DNA of 61,628 nucleotides from an uncultured Eubacteriales bacterium (GTDB lineage Bacteria; Bacillota_I; Bacilli_A; RFN20; CAG-288): NCBI GenBank assembly GCA_900316035.1, contig ONBI01000003.1, positions 1 to 61,628 of the forward strand, read 5' to 3'. Shown piece by piece: positions 37,802 to 46,301 of this stretch (position 1 is its first letter; each line of letters starts with the position of its first letter). The notes under the pieces were generated by a model. It saw only the letters and a program-made list of their open reading frames with translations, ran no database searches and was not told where the DNA came from. The position numbers and the translations under genes were made by a program.

Positions 37802-37830
37802 TTGACCTCTTAGAAGCATTTGACTAGAAT
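37802..37830 (+). promoter_or_regulatory. sigmaA promoter of peptidase operon 1
   Basis: TTGACC-N17-TAGAAT. Confidence 0.6.
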
Positions 37831-37859
37831 GTAATTAAGGACTAAAGGGGATTAATGCA

Positions 37860-38855
37860 ATGAATCTTAAAAAAATAAGTTTGCAATCTATCTCCCTCCT
37901 ACTGTTAGGCTTCGGTACCATTCCATCTACCAAGAAAACGTCTTCTTTTCCGTACGCTAGAAAACATCTTGAAAATATTCGACTTTCCACTAGTATCTGG
38001 AAGAACGCCACGATAGGTGAAACGACTGCCTTCACCTTCAATGGCAAATCCTATTCGTTAGCTTATGTTTCCGAAGACGATGCATACAAAGGCTATTTAA
38101 TATTAGATAGCGATAATACCCTCTGCACTTATTATGTCGGTGAAGCAAAACCGGATCTAGCCAGTTTAGCTTCTCTTTCTCCTATTTTCTCTTCCGATGA
38201 CATAGATACAACAGATAAAATCCTACATTCTACATCTACTGCTGATGAATTCCATGCGACTCCAACGCTGAACGAAGATCTTTACACTTCCCATTACGAT
38301 AGCTACAGCAGTTCTCAGTATTTAACTTCCTGCCCTTTCTACTATAACTATTCGTATGGACCTGTAAAAAACGGATGCGCACCAACCACTGGCGCCATGC
38401 TTATTTCCTTCTATGATCGATATTCTTCAATGACAAACTTAGTCAATGGTCTTCTTCCGTTAGAGCATAGTGATAATAAGGAAGCGGTTGATTCTCTTAT
38501 TATCGAAGTCGCTGATTATATGAAAACCGATACTACAAACGGAACCACACTTTCAAACGAGATGTCTGGATTAAATCAGTATTTCAGCGATGCTGGGTAT
38601 AGCAACTACCGAGCATATTATTTAGACACTTTTGCAAAATATGTGAGTTTTATAAACACCAAGAAGAGCCCATGCTTTCTTCGCGTGAAAACCGAGAACA
38701 ATGTCGGACACGCAGTCCTTGGTATCGGAGTCGCCAATCTTCGTTACTCTGGGAATTTTATGATTACCCATTACGATTGGAAGACATCTAATACGGGTGA
38801 TTATTATGTCAATGAGTCTAAATTTGTTGGCTTCATCTATATGGGGGAGAAATAA
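37860..38855 (+). CDS. Secreted papain-like (C39/C10-like) cysteine peptidase
   Basis: Signal-like N-terminus; NGCAPTTGAM (Cys), YMKT...GT, GHAVLGIG (His), HYDW (third residue plus Trp). Confidence 0.75.
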   Translation: MNLKKISLQSISLLLLGFGTIPSTKKTSSFPYARKHLENIRLSTSIWKNATIGETTAFTFNGKSYSLAYVSEDDAYKGYLILDSDNTLCTYYVGEAKPDLASLASLSPIFSSDDIDTTDKILHSTSTADEFHATPTLNEDLYTSHYDSYSSSQYLTSCPFYYNYSYGPVKNGCAPTTGAMLISFYDRYSSMTNLVNGLLPLEHSDNKEAVDSLIIEVADYMKTDTTNGTTLSNEMSGLNQYFSDAGYSNYRAYYLDTFAKYVSFINTKKSPCFLRVKTENNVGHAVLGIGVANLRYSGNFMITHYDWKTSNTGDYYVNESKFVGFIYMGEK

Positions 38856-38857
38856 TC

Positions 38858-39418
38858 ATGAAAACGAGAAATTTATCTGTTCTTGCTGTTCTCCCTGTCC
38901 TTCTTCTTGCTTCTTGTACCTCTTCTTCGCCGTTATCAGAGAATGACACCGCGGAAACGAAGCAGGCCTATGAAAATCTCGAGACGGACGATCTTTCCAA
39001 GGTGACCGTCACGGAATACCGCTATGAAGGAGATACCCTTTACTCCCGTTCCGTCATCTGGAACGGAGAGAAGAAGCTTCCTTCTCTCCTCCTTGCTTTG
39101 GCCAGGGAAGACAAGACCGGGAAAGAGAACTATGCCAATAGCGATGGGTTCTTCGACACGTCTCTTTATTATATGTCCTTCTATAAGACAGGCTCCGATA
39201 CGATCAAGGACTATCTCTATATCCAAAACTTCGCTTCGGACGAAGAGACAGCTGGATACTTTCTTCATTCCGCTTCCGGAAAAGCCGTCGATGCTGTCTC
39301 CTATATTTTCAAAGGACTTTCCGAAGACGCTTCCAAAGAAACCGCCTCGGTCCGAGAGGATGTAGTCGCGGAACTCGCTAATCAGGAGTTTTCTGTCCAT
39401 TCCGATCCAGTCTGCTGA
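38858..39418 (+). CDS. Lipoprotein of unknown function, coupled to the peptidase
   Basis: Lipobox LLASC; starts 2 nt after the peptidase stop. Confidence 0.8.
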   Translation: MKTRNLSVLAVLPVLLLASCTSSSPLSENDTAETKQAYENLETDDLSKVTVTEYRYEGDTLYSRSVIWNGEKKLPSLLLALAREDKTGKENYANSDGFFDTSLYYMSFYKTGSDTIKDYLYIQNFASDEETAGYFLHSASGKAVDAVSYIFKGLSEDASKETASVREDVVAELANQEFSVHSDPVC

Positions 39419-39558
39419 TCAAAAAGAAGTTCTTAAAGAAACGCAGAGAAGCCTCTTTAGGCCGATTCGTTCCGGGAGGTTTTTTCATATATTAAAAACC
39501 AATACGTTTTATATTTAAACGAACAGGTTGTTACTGTTTTATAGGAATTTATTGTACT

Positions 39559-39611
39559 AAAAAAGAGCTGCCGTATACCTAATCAAGGATTAGGAATAGA
39601 GGCAGCTCTTT
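39559..39611 (-). terminator. Terminator of the serpin operon
   Basis: AAAGAGCTGCC..CCTAATC/GATTAGG..GGCAGCTCTTT hairpin. Confidence 0.8.
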
Positions 39612-39625
39612 ATCGTTATTCTCCC

Positions 39626-40849
39626 TTACAGATTGACGACCGTCATCGCGAAGAGAGGAATATCGTAGTAAGAGAGGAAACAATAGAAGGGACGATCGAC
39701 GACGAACGAGATTTCCGGCATCTCAGCCGGAGCACTAGCTGTACCTGCACCAGACACGGTCAAAGAAGTACCTTCGATTCCTAAGGCGGAGAAAGTGAAA
39801 TCATTAGACTGTTTGCAGGCAAAAAGCTTTAACTGGGAAGCATTATCAACCAGTCCAGAATAGATTCCTACCGGACGGAACAAGTCTGCAAATTCAGAAG
39901 TATAATCAATCGTTTCTTTCAGGCTGAAATATGGGAAGAAGCCATCGATAACTCTTTCTTTCGTTCCGTTTTCACCTGCAAGATATGCTGAGGTAGCATC
40001 GACAGAAGAAAGAGAGACATTTTCGTTAGGAAGCACGAAGGTGAGATCCGTCCGATTGACCGAATAGCGGAAGGCACGATAATCCGTTCCTTCCCAATAG
40101 ACGCCTTCATGGTTGGCCGTATCTCCGTTCACATTCGAAGTGCTTCCTGATAGGTTATGGAAAGTCTTTTCACCGGTAACCGCATCTTCCCGGGATTCCT
40201 TGACACGAAGTGCAGAATAAGTAAGAACGCAGGGATCATCAAGCTCAAGATCCGGGACAGGAATCTTTTTACCCAATTTCGCCGTCAGGAAATCCTGTGC
40301 ATCCTTCACTCTGTTGGCATAACTGCTAGTGATGGTTGCAATGCCGTCATTTGCCAAGGTCTCACGGACTCCTGGAAGGTAGGAAAGGGTATTATTCGTT
40401 TGTGCAATCTGATGGAAAGTGAGGGAACGGAGAAGATCCTGGCGATGGACAGTTTCGGAATCATCATTCCAGTTGAACACCGAATTGAATGAAGAGAACT
40501 CCGCTAAACTGGAGATACCGAGTTTCGTCTTGACCGCATTTGCCGAACCAGAAACCAAACTCACGGCACTGTAGTTAAGCCCTAAAGTAAGAGGAGAAAT
40601 GATTGTGTTCTCACTAGTGGAGAGCTTCGACATCGAATAGTCGAAAGCACCGCCGACGAAGGTGGATTTGTTCGTCCCATTGAAAGCCACGGGTGTCTCC
40701 GACACCTTTTCCTTATACTGAATATCGGCAGGAGTGGTGTCAACTACGGAAGACGTATTGCCCGCAACAGAAGATGTGGTTGTTCCTCTGCAACCGGCAA
40801 GCAATAAGACGACGGTAAGTAAGAAGAATTTGTTTTTTCTATTCACCAT
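39626..40849 (-). CDS. Serpin-family lipoprotein
   Basis: Lipobox LLAGC and S/T linker; ENTIISPL (shutter-like), KTFH, TFVLP, FPYFSL, hinge GIEG...T, signature FVVDRPF..IPLF..V.N. Confidence 0.85.
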   Translation of the reverse strand: MVNRKNKFFLLTVVLLLAGCRGTTTSSVAGNTSSVVDTTPADIQYKEKVSETPVAFNGTNKSTFVGGAFDYSMSKLSTSENTIISPLTLGLNYSAVSLVSGSANAVKTKLGISSLAEFSSFNSVFNWNDDSETVHRQDLLRSLTFHQIAQTNNTLSYLPGVRETLANDGIATITSSYANRVKDAQDFLTAKLGKKIPVPDLELDDPCVLTYSALRVKESREDAVTGEKTFHNLSGSTSNVNGDTANHEGVYWEGTDYRAFRYSVNRTDLTFVLPNENVSLSSVDATSAYLAGENGTKERVIDGFFPYFSLKETIDYTSEFADLFRPVGIYSGLVDNASQLKLFACKQSNDFTFSALGIEGTSLTVSGAGTASAPAEMPEISFVVDRPFYCFLSYYDIPLFAMTVVNL

Positions 40850-40866
40850 ATCATGAATCCTCCTTA

Positions 40867-42246
40867 TTAAAGCTTAATGTAATTGCACTTAGTGCAACGT
40901 CCGTTTGAATCAAAAACATGTTCGTGATAACAGACAACACGTCCACACGTGCACAAAGAATAGTGACGTTTAGAACTGGCAAGACAATATTGAGATTCTG
41001 TATGCTCTTGATGAGTCAACGGACAACGGCAATAACAATGATAGTTATCACCTATAGTAAGATCACGACAGACATGGGAATCCAATTCACAACTACAAAC
41101 CGCATGTTTTGTGCCATTTGCATCTTTGACATAATAATTGTCCGAATGAGAGTGGGCAACATCACCACGAAGATCCATCGAATACCAGAAATGAAGATGA
41201 TTACGATATAATTTATCGATATTGGCATGGAGACTTGATTTATTGTTCTTCCAACCTAGATTACCATAGAGGATGTCATTTTCCTGATCATAATCGTAGA
41301 CGACAAAAAAGTGATCATCGTTTCCCACAACAACAGGTTCACCGTCTTTAACTTTTTCGACAATCTGCTTTCGGAATGCCGAAAAGCTTGATACTGTATT
41401 ACCTCTGTAAGAAAAACTAGGTGTCGAATCATAATAGCGTCCTTCACTTACATAGATGGGGTTATATACATGGGAGTATTGATCAACAGGAGACATGACC
41501 GCCTATTGAACATTTGGAACCGTTTCAAGATAATCCTTGATAAAGTCCCCATAATATTTAAAAGGAAAAGCACAACTTGTAGCCTTTCCTTTCACTAGAT
41601 ACCCTTTTTCAATGGCAAGAGAATAAAGGTGCCCAATAAAAGAGCCATTGTTCATCATCTTATCTAGGTAAATTGAAAAATTCTCTTCGGCCGTTTTGCT
41701 TGAGTCGGAAGGAACATTTACATAAATATCCTGAACGCAAGGACTTTGCTGGTATGTTGAATCATCCAGTGTTGTGTTATACACAGTCGCCTCGCATTGT
41801 TCAGAAATAAACGAGTCGTTTACAAGTGCGTCATAGTAACCGAGAATAGCAGTAAGAGCAACATAAGCACAATTGCCTACATTATTCGTCGGCATATTTT
41901 TCTGTAGATGAGAAAAATAGTTTTTTGCAAAAGCTTTATTAAAAGAAATGGAACGTGTATATTTAACTTCTAAATTGATAGGCAAAATGGAAGCCGCTGA
42001 GGAGTCAGTGTTTTTAACCTGATCTTCGTTATCCGAAGATTCGGTCTCATCAGATTCGCCATAGGCAAAGCTATGCTCTTCTGCCTCAGAACTGACATTC
42101 TCTCCAAAAGAACAGGATGCAGCTCCGACGGCTTTCTCATCATGAGAATTGAAAAAGCCTTCTAACGGAAAAGCAGAAGAAATAGCAAAAGAGGAGAGAA
42201 GCAAAAGCAAACAACTAGGAATAAACTTAGAACGTGTTTGATTCAT
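40867..42246 (-). pseudogene. Secreted cysteine peptidase interrupted by one in-frame TAG (ORFs 41503-42246 and 40867-41496)
   Basis: Junction reads CAA TAG GCG GTC ATG in one frame. The Cys motif GNCAYVAL..ILGYYD is in the 5' part; DHFFVVY and GNLGW are in the 3' part; Cys/His-rich tail. Confidence 0.75.
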
Positions 42247-42476
42247 AGCAACGTCCTCCTTTCATCTTGAATATAAATAGAAAAAGAGTCTGCTCAATGT
42301 AAAAGTTGAGAAAATGTAATTGTTTAATATATGTTAGCGCTTACTTGTATTCTTATATGAAAATTCCATTCAAATATTTTAAGACTATTTCAAGAAATCA
42401 ACGCTTACCACGAAACAAGTAATCGCACCATTCTTACTAGCAGGTAATATTTCTAATGCCTGTCAATAGAAAACCC

Positions 42477-42505
42477 TTGACAGCCTGATACTAACCAGCT
42501 ATACT
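42477..42505 (+). promoter_or_regulatory. sigmaA promoter of the rpsP operon
   Basis: TTGACA-N17-TATACT. Confidence 0.8.
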
Positions 42506-42539
42506 TCTTTCCGTAATCATTTTAGGAGGAAATATCACT

Positions 42540-42827
42540 ATGGTTAAAATCCGTTTAGCTCGTATCGGCCGTACTCATACCCCGGCCTATCGTATCGTCG
42601 TTTCCGATTCCCGTCGTACTCCGCATGCGGAATCCTTAGCTCAGCTCGGTTCTTATGATCCGCTCTCCGGAGCCTGCTCGATCGATGAAGTCGAAGTTCT
42701 CAAGTGGCTCAACAACGGTGCTATCCCGTCCGATTCCGTCAAGACTCTTCTCAAGGATAAGGGCATCTACAAGAAGTATATCGACGCTAAATTAGCCGCG
42801 AAGAAAGCTACCAAAGAGGCTAAGTAA
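42540..42827 (+). CDS. rpsP: 30S ribosomal protein S16
   Basis: MVKIRLAR.G....YRIVV.DSR, G.YDP, WL.NGA.PSD.V. Confidence 0.98.
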   Translation: MVKIRLARIGRTHTPAYRIVVSDSRRTPHAESLAQLGSYDPLSGACSIDEVEVLKWLNNGAIPSDSVKTLLKDKGIYKKYIDAKLAAKKATKEAK

Positions 42828-42828
42828 C

Positions 42829-43131
42829 ATGGAGAGCCAGACCAACCTCGATCTCACTGAGGACATCCGTTCCCTCATCGAACCGTTGGTTAGCAAACCG
42901 GAAGCCCTTCTCATCAAGAGGATGGACAAACCGGAGGACCTCGGAAAGAAAGAGCAGAACTATCTGATCCTCTGCGAAAAGGACGATTTAGGAAAGCTCA
43001 TCGGCCGCCACGGAGTCATTTCCGACTCTCTGCGCACCATTCTCAATGTTTCCATCAAGAACATGAGAAAGAAGGTTCATCTCCGCTTCGAATCCTTCGA
43101 CGAATTCAACGCCAAAGGAGAAAGCAAGTAA
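42829..43131 (+). CDS. khpA: KH-domain RNA-binding protein
   Basis: DDLGKLIGRHG (GxxG loop); directly follows rpsP. Confidence 0.85.
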   Translation: MESQTNLDLTEDIRSLIEPLVSKPEALLIKRMDKPEDLGKKEQNYLILCEKDDLGKLIGRHGVISDSLRTILNVSIKNMRKKVHLRFESFDEFNAKGESK

Positions 43132-43139
43132 TAAAGGCG

Positions 43140-43177
43140 AGAGACAGGAAGGCTAATAAGCTTTCCTGTCTCTTTCT
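43140..43177 (+). terminator. Internal terminator/attenuator before rimM
   Basis: AGAGACAGGAAGGC..GCTTTCCTGTCTCT hairpin plus T-rich tail. Confidence 0.75.
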
Positions 43178-43192
43178 GTTAAGAAAAGAAAA

Positions 43193-43693
43193 ATGGCAAT
43201 TAAAAAAATCGGTAAAATCGTCAATTACTTCGGCCTCAAAGGTATGCTGAAGATCTCTGTCACTTCCTCTACTCCTCTCAACCGTTTTGCGGTCGGTAAA
43301 ACCGTTCTCATCCCCGATGACAGCGGGGAGAATCAGTCCTATAAGATCTCTTCTCTCCAGCCGAAGGATTCCCGTATCCTTCATATCGGCTTAGAGGGTT
43401 ATGACACCATCGATTCGATCCAGTCCTTCCTCGGCAAGGATATCTATGCGAATGTCCGCGCGCCGAAAGGGACTTTCTTCTTCGATGATCTTGTCGGTAT
43501 GAAAGTCCTGACCGACAAAGGGGAAGAAATCGGCGTTGTCGACCATATGGAGAAGATGCCGAAAGCGGAATATCTTGTCATCGGCGACAAGATCTATATT
43601 CCTTTCCTGATGGATAATTTCATCGCCTCGGTCGATAAAAAGAAGAAAACCATCACTCTGACGGCCTTAGGAAGCGAAGCCGCCAAACAATGA
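43193..43693 (+). CDS. rimM: Ribosome maturation factor RimM
   Basis: IGKIVN..GLKG, FF.DDLVG..V, IPF; gene context. Confidence 0.93.
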   Translation: MAIKKIGKIVNYFGLKGMLKISVTSSTPLNRFAVGKTVLIPDDSGENQSYKISSLQPKDSRILHIGLEGYDTIDSIQSFLGKDIYANVRAPKGTFFFDDLVGMKVLTDKGEEIGVVDHMEKMPKAEYLVIGDKIYIPFLMDNFIASVDKKKKTITLTALGSEAAKQ

Positions 43694-44484
43694 AGATCAA
43701 AATCCTGACGCTCTTCCCGGAATTCTACGATTCCTTTCTCAAAAGCTCCATCATCGGAAGAGCGATTTCGAGAGGGCTAGTCACCTTCGAACTCATCAAC
43801 ATCCGTAACTATTCTCTTGATAAAAACCATCGGGTCGATGATCATCCGATCGGCGGGGGGGCAGGTCTTATCATGCGGATGGAACCGTTGATGGATTGTT
43901 TAAGAGCAAACACCAGTGAAAAGACCTATACGATCTTTTTAGGTCCGAAAGGTCATCCCTATCAGCAGAAAGACGCCGTCCGTCTCAGTAAGATGGACGA
44001 GATCTGCCTTATCTGCGGGCACTATGAAGGAGTCGATTCCCGCTTTGAGGAAGAAGTGGACGAAGAGATCTCCATGGGAGATTTCATCCTCACGGGAGGA
44101 GAGATTCCGGCGATGGCAATCTCGGACTCCGTCGTCCGTCTTCTCAAAGGAGCAATCGCTGACGATTCCACCAAAGAGGAATCGTTCTCCAATGAGATTC
44201 TAGAGTATCCGCAGTACACCTATCCTTACGATTACGAAGGAAAGAAGATTCCGGATATTCTCTTCTGCGGAAATCACCAGGCGATCGAGGAATACCGCCG
44301 GAAGGAAGCAATCCGGGAAACCTATCAGAAGAGAAGAGATCTTTTTGACAAGATGACGTACTCTCGGAAAGATGCTCCTCTGATCGAACAGGTGAAACAC
44401 GGGGATACTTCTCTGACTCCAAAAGAGAAGGATGCGATGGAAAAAGGAAAGAAGTTCGTCGAGAAGAATCTGAAAACCAAGTAA
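43690..44484 (+). CDS. trmD: tRNA (guanine37-N1)-methyltransferase
   Basis: VDD.P.GGGAG, CGHYEGVD.R, S.GDFILTGGE, LEYPQYT. Confidence 0.98.
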   Translation: MKIKILTLFPEFYDSFLKSSIIGRAISRGLVTFELINIRNYSLDKNHRVDDHPIGGGAGLIMRMEPLMDCLRANTSEKTYTIFLGPKGHPYQQKDAVRLSKMDEICLICGHYEGVDSRFEEEVDEEISMGDFILTGGEIPAMAISDSVVRLLKGAIADDSTKEESFSNEILEYPQYTYPYDYEGKKIPDILFCGNHQAIEEYRRKEAIRETYQKRRDLFDKMTYSRKDAPLIEQVKHGDTSLTPKEKDAMEKGKKFVEKNLKTK

Positions 44485-44487
44485 ACG

Positions 44488-44534
44488 AAAAGGATGATTT
44501 CCTCTAGGTGAAACAAAGGGAGATCATCCTTTTT
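44488..44534. terminator. Bidirectional intrinsic terminator
   Basis: AAAAGGATGATTTCC..GGAGATCATCCTTTT between convergent genes. Confidence 0.85.
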
Positions 44535-44542
44535 CTGTTGTT

Positions 44543-44824
44543 TTACTTCTTCAGAATCGTATTGTAGCCTTTTCCGTATTTGACACACTTCTTGACCCGG
44601 GCTAAAGTCGCCGTCGAGATCGTAGTCTCCTGGCTTACTTCGGCATAGGTTTTCCCTTCCAAGAAAAGCTTTGCCGAATGAATACGTCCCGAAAGAGATT
44701 CCAGCTCTTTTTTCGAAAGCAGATCATCAAGGAAGTCTTTGGCTTCCTCTTTCGTCTTAATCTTGACTAAGGCTGAATAGAGTTCCTCGTGCTCTTTCTC
44801 GGTCAATGTCTTTTTCTCTGCCAT
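44543..44824 (-). CDS. TrpR-like YerC/YecD regulator (probable HisR)
   Basis: FLDDL....EL..L..R...AK......TY..V...T..STAT..RV..C..YG.GY. Confidence 0.88.
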   Translation of the reverse strand: MAEKKTLTEKEHEELYSALVKIKTKEEAKDFLDDLLSKKELESLSGRIHSAKLFLEGKTYAEVSQETTISTATLARVKKCVKYGKGYNTILKK

Positions 44825-45635
44825 GTGGAATATCCTCTTCGTTTCCTGTTAGGAAAGCTTTTAACTCCGCACTATGTGGCGAAGTGAGAATCTCTCTATT
44901 TCCGGATTCGATGATTTTTCCTTTTTCTAGGAAGATGATCTTATCCGAAACCGCTTGGGCCAATTCCATCTCGTGGGTGACCACTAGAATCGTCTGGCCT
45001 TGCTTCTTCAGAGAAAGAATCGTTTCCGCTACCTGTCTTTTGAGCTTCGGATCCAGAGCAGCCGTCGGTTCATCGAAACAGAGAACTTTCGGAGCGAGGA
45101 TCAAAGCGCGAAGAATAGCTACCCTTTGGGCCTCTCCACCGGAGAGCTGATAGGGATAGGATTCTTTCTTGCTGAGAAGAGAGACGCTTTCTAGAAGATT
45201 GTCGGCTTCTTTTTCTTTCTCTGCAAGTGTTTTCTTATATTCTCTTCTTCTTTCGGAGAAAGAAAGCTTCTGTTTCTTCCCTTCCCTCCGTATTTTCGAT
45301 TTCACGGGAAGAAGAATATTATTCAAGACGTTATACTGAGGAAAAAGATTATAAGACTGAAAAACAAGGCCGAAGTTCTCCCTCCGTTCCTGCTTTTCTT
45401 TTCTGGTAAGAGGAGAAGAGTCAATCAGGACTTTTCCGTCCAGAACCACCTTTCCTCCTGCGCTCGGATCGCTATCTTCTAAGAAATTCAGAAGACGGAG
45501 AAAAGTAGTTTTTCCGGACCCCGAATCTCCGATAAGACAGAGGGTTTCCCCTTTCTCTAAGGAAGCGGAGAAATGATCTAAGACCGTTACGCCGGAATAG
45601 GATTTGGTGAGATTTTCAATTTCTAAATACGCCAT
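44757..45635 (-). CDS. Polar amino acid ABC transporter ATPase
   Basis: GDSGSGKT, VFQSYNLFP, YPYQLSGGE.QRVAI, FDEPT, VTHEM. Confidence 0.93.
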   Translation of the reverse strand: MAYLEIENLTKSYSGVTVLDHFSASLEKGETLCLIGDSGSGKTTFLRLLNFLEDSDPSAGGKVVLDGKVLIDSSPLTRKEKQERRENFGLVFQSYNLFPQYNVLNNILLPVKSKIRREGKKQKLSFSERRREYKKTLAEKEKEADNLLESVSLLSKKESYPYQLSGGEAQRVAILRALILAPKVLCFDEPTAALDPKLKRQVAETILSLKKQGQTILVVTHEMELAQAVSDKIIFLEKGKIIESGNREILTSPHSAELKAFLTGNEEDIPHGREKDIDRERARGTLFSLSQD

Positions 45636-45641
45636 AATAGA

Positions 45642-46295
45642 CTAACCCTCAAAATAACTCAGCTTCTTCTCTAAAAGTTTCAGAAGCAGAGAGAGAATAC
45701 CGACAAAAACCAGATAGAAGACCGCCGTATAGAAAAGAACCCAGACAATCGCATAGGTTCCAACAATATGGTCGGCTGCTAACATGACCTCATTGACCGC
45801 GATGATTCTGGCTAAGGCCGTATCCTTGACTAAGGAGATCGTCTCATTGGTCATCGGAGGCATGATCTTCTGGATGATGGGAACAAGAAGAACCTTAAAG
45901 AAAATCTCACTCCGGGAAAGACCTAAGACCGCTCCGGCCTCCTGTTGACCTTTCGCTATCGATTGATAACCGGCGCGGAAGATCTCACTGAAATAGACCG
46001 CATAGTTGATGACGATGGCAGTGATAGCAGCAGCAATACGGGGTAAAGAAGGCCAGTTGAATAATAAACCCGGAACATAGAAGACGACCATGATCTGAAG
46101 CATCAAGGGAGTTCCCCGGATAATCCAGATAAAGACCTGCATGATCTTCCTTACGGTCTTAAAGCGGCTGAGGGAAAAAAGGCAGAAAAGAATACCGAGA
46201 GGAATCGAAAGAATCCAGCTGATAACAAAGATAAGACAGGTAGTGCCAAAGCCATCCAATAGCTTCAGCGTCACCTCCGAAAAAGAGATACTCAT
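45642..46295 (-). CDS. Polar amino acid ABC transporter permease
   Basis: RGTPLMLQ, SEIFRAG..SI..GQ.EA, LVKDTAL. Confidence 0.95.
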   Translation of the reverse strand: MSISFSEVTLKLLDGFGTTCLIFVISWILSIPLGILFCLFSLSRFKTVRKIMQVFIWIIRGTPLMLQIMVVFYVPGLLFNWPSLPRIAAAITAIVINYAVYFSEIFRAGYQSIAKGQQEAGAVLGLSRSEIFFKVLLVPIIQKIMPPMTNETISLVKDTALARIIAVNEVMLAADHIVGTYAIVWVLFYTAVFYLVFVGILSLLLKLLEKKLSYFEG

Positions 46296-46301
46296 AAACG
46301 G

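Noticed and set aside
41503-41505. Genome-wide TAG recoding or pyrrolysine
   Set aside because: TAG ends ordinary genes here (patatin, MATE, kinase, SPFH) and no pyl genes are in the window
36642-42473. TGTCAA(G/T)AGAAAA near-repeat flanking the island as att sites
   Set aside because: Short, AT-rich and mismatched; no recombinase present
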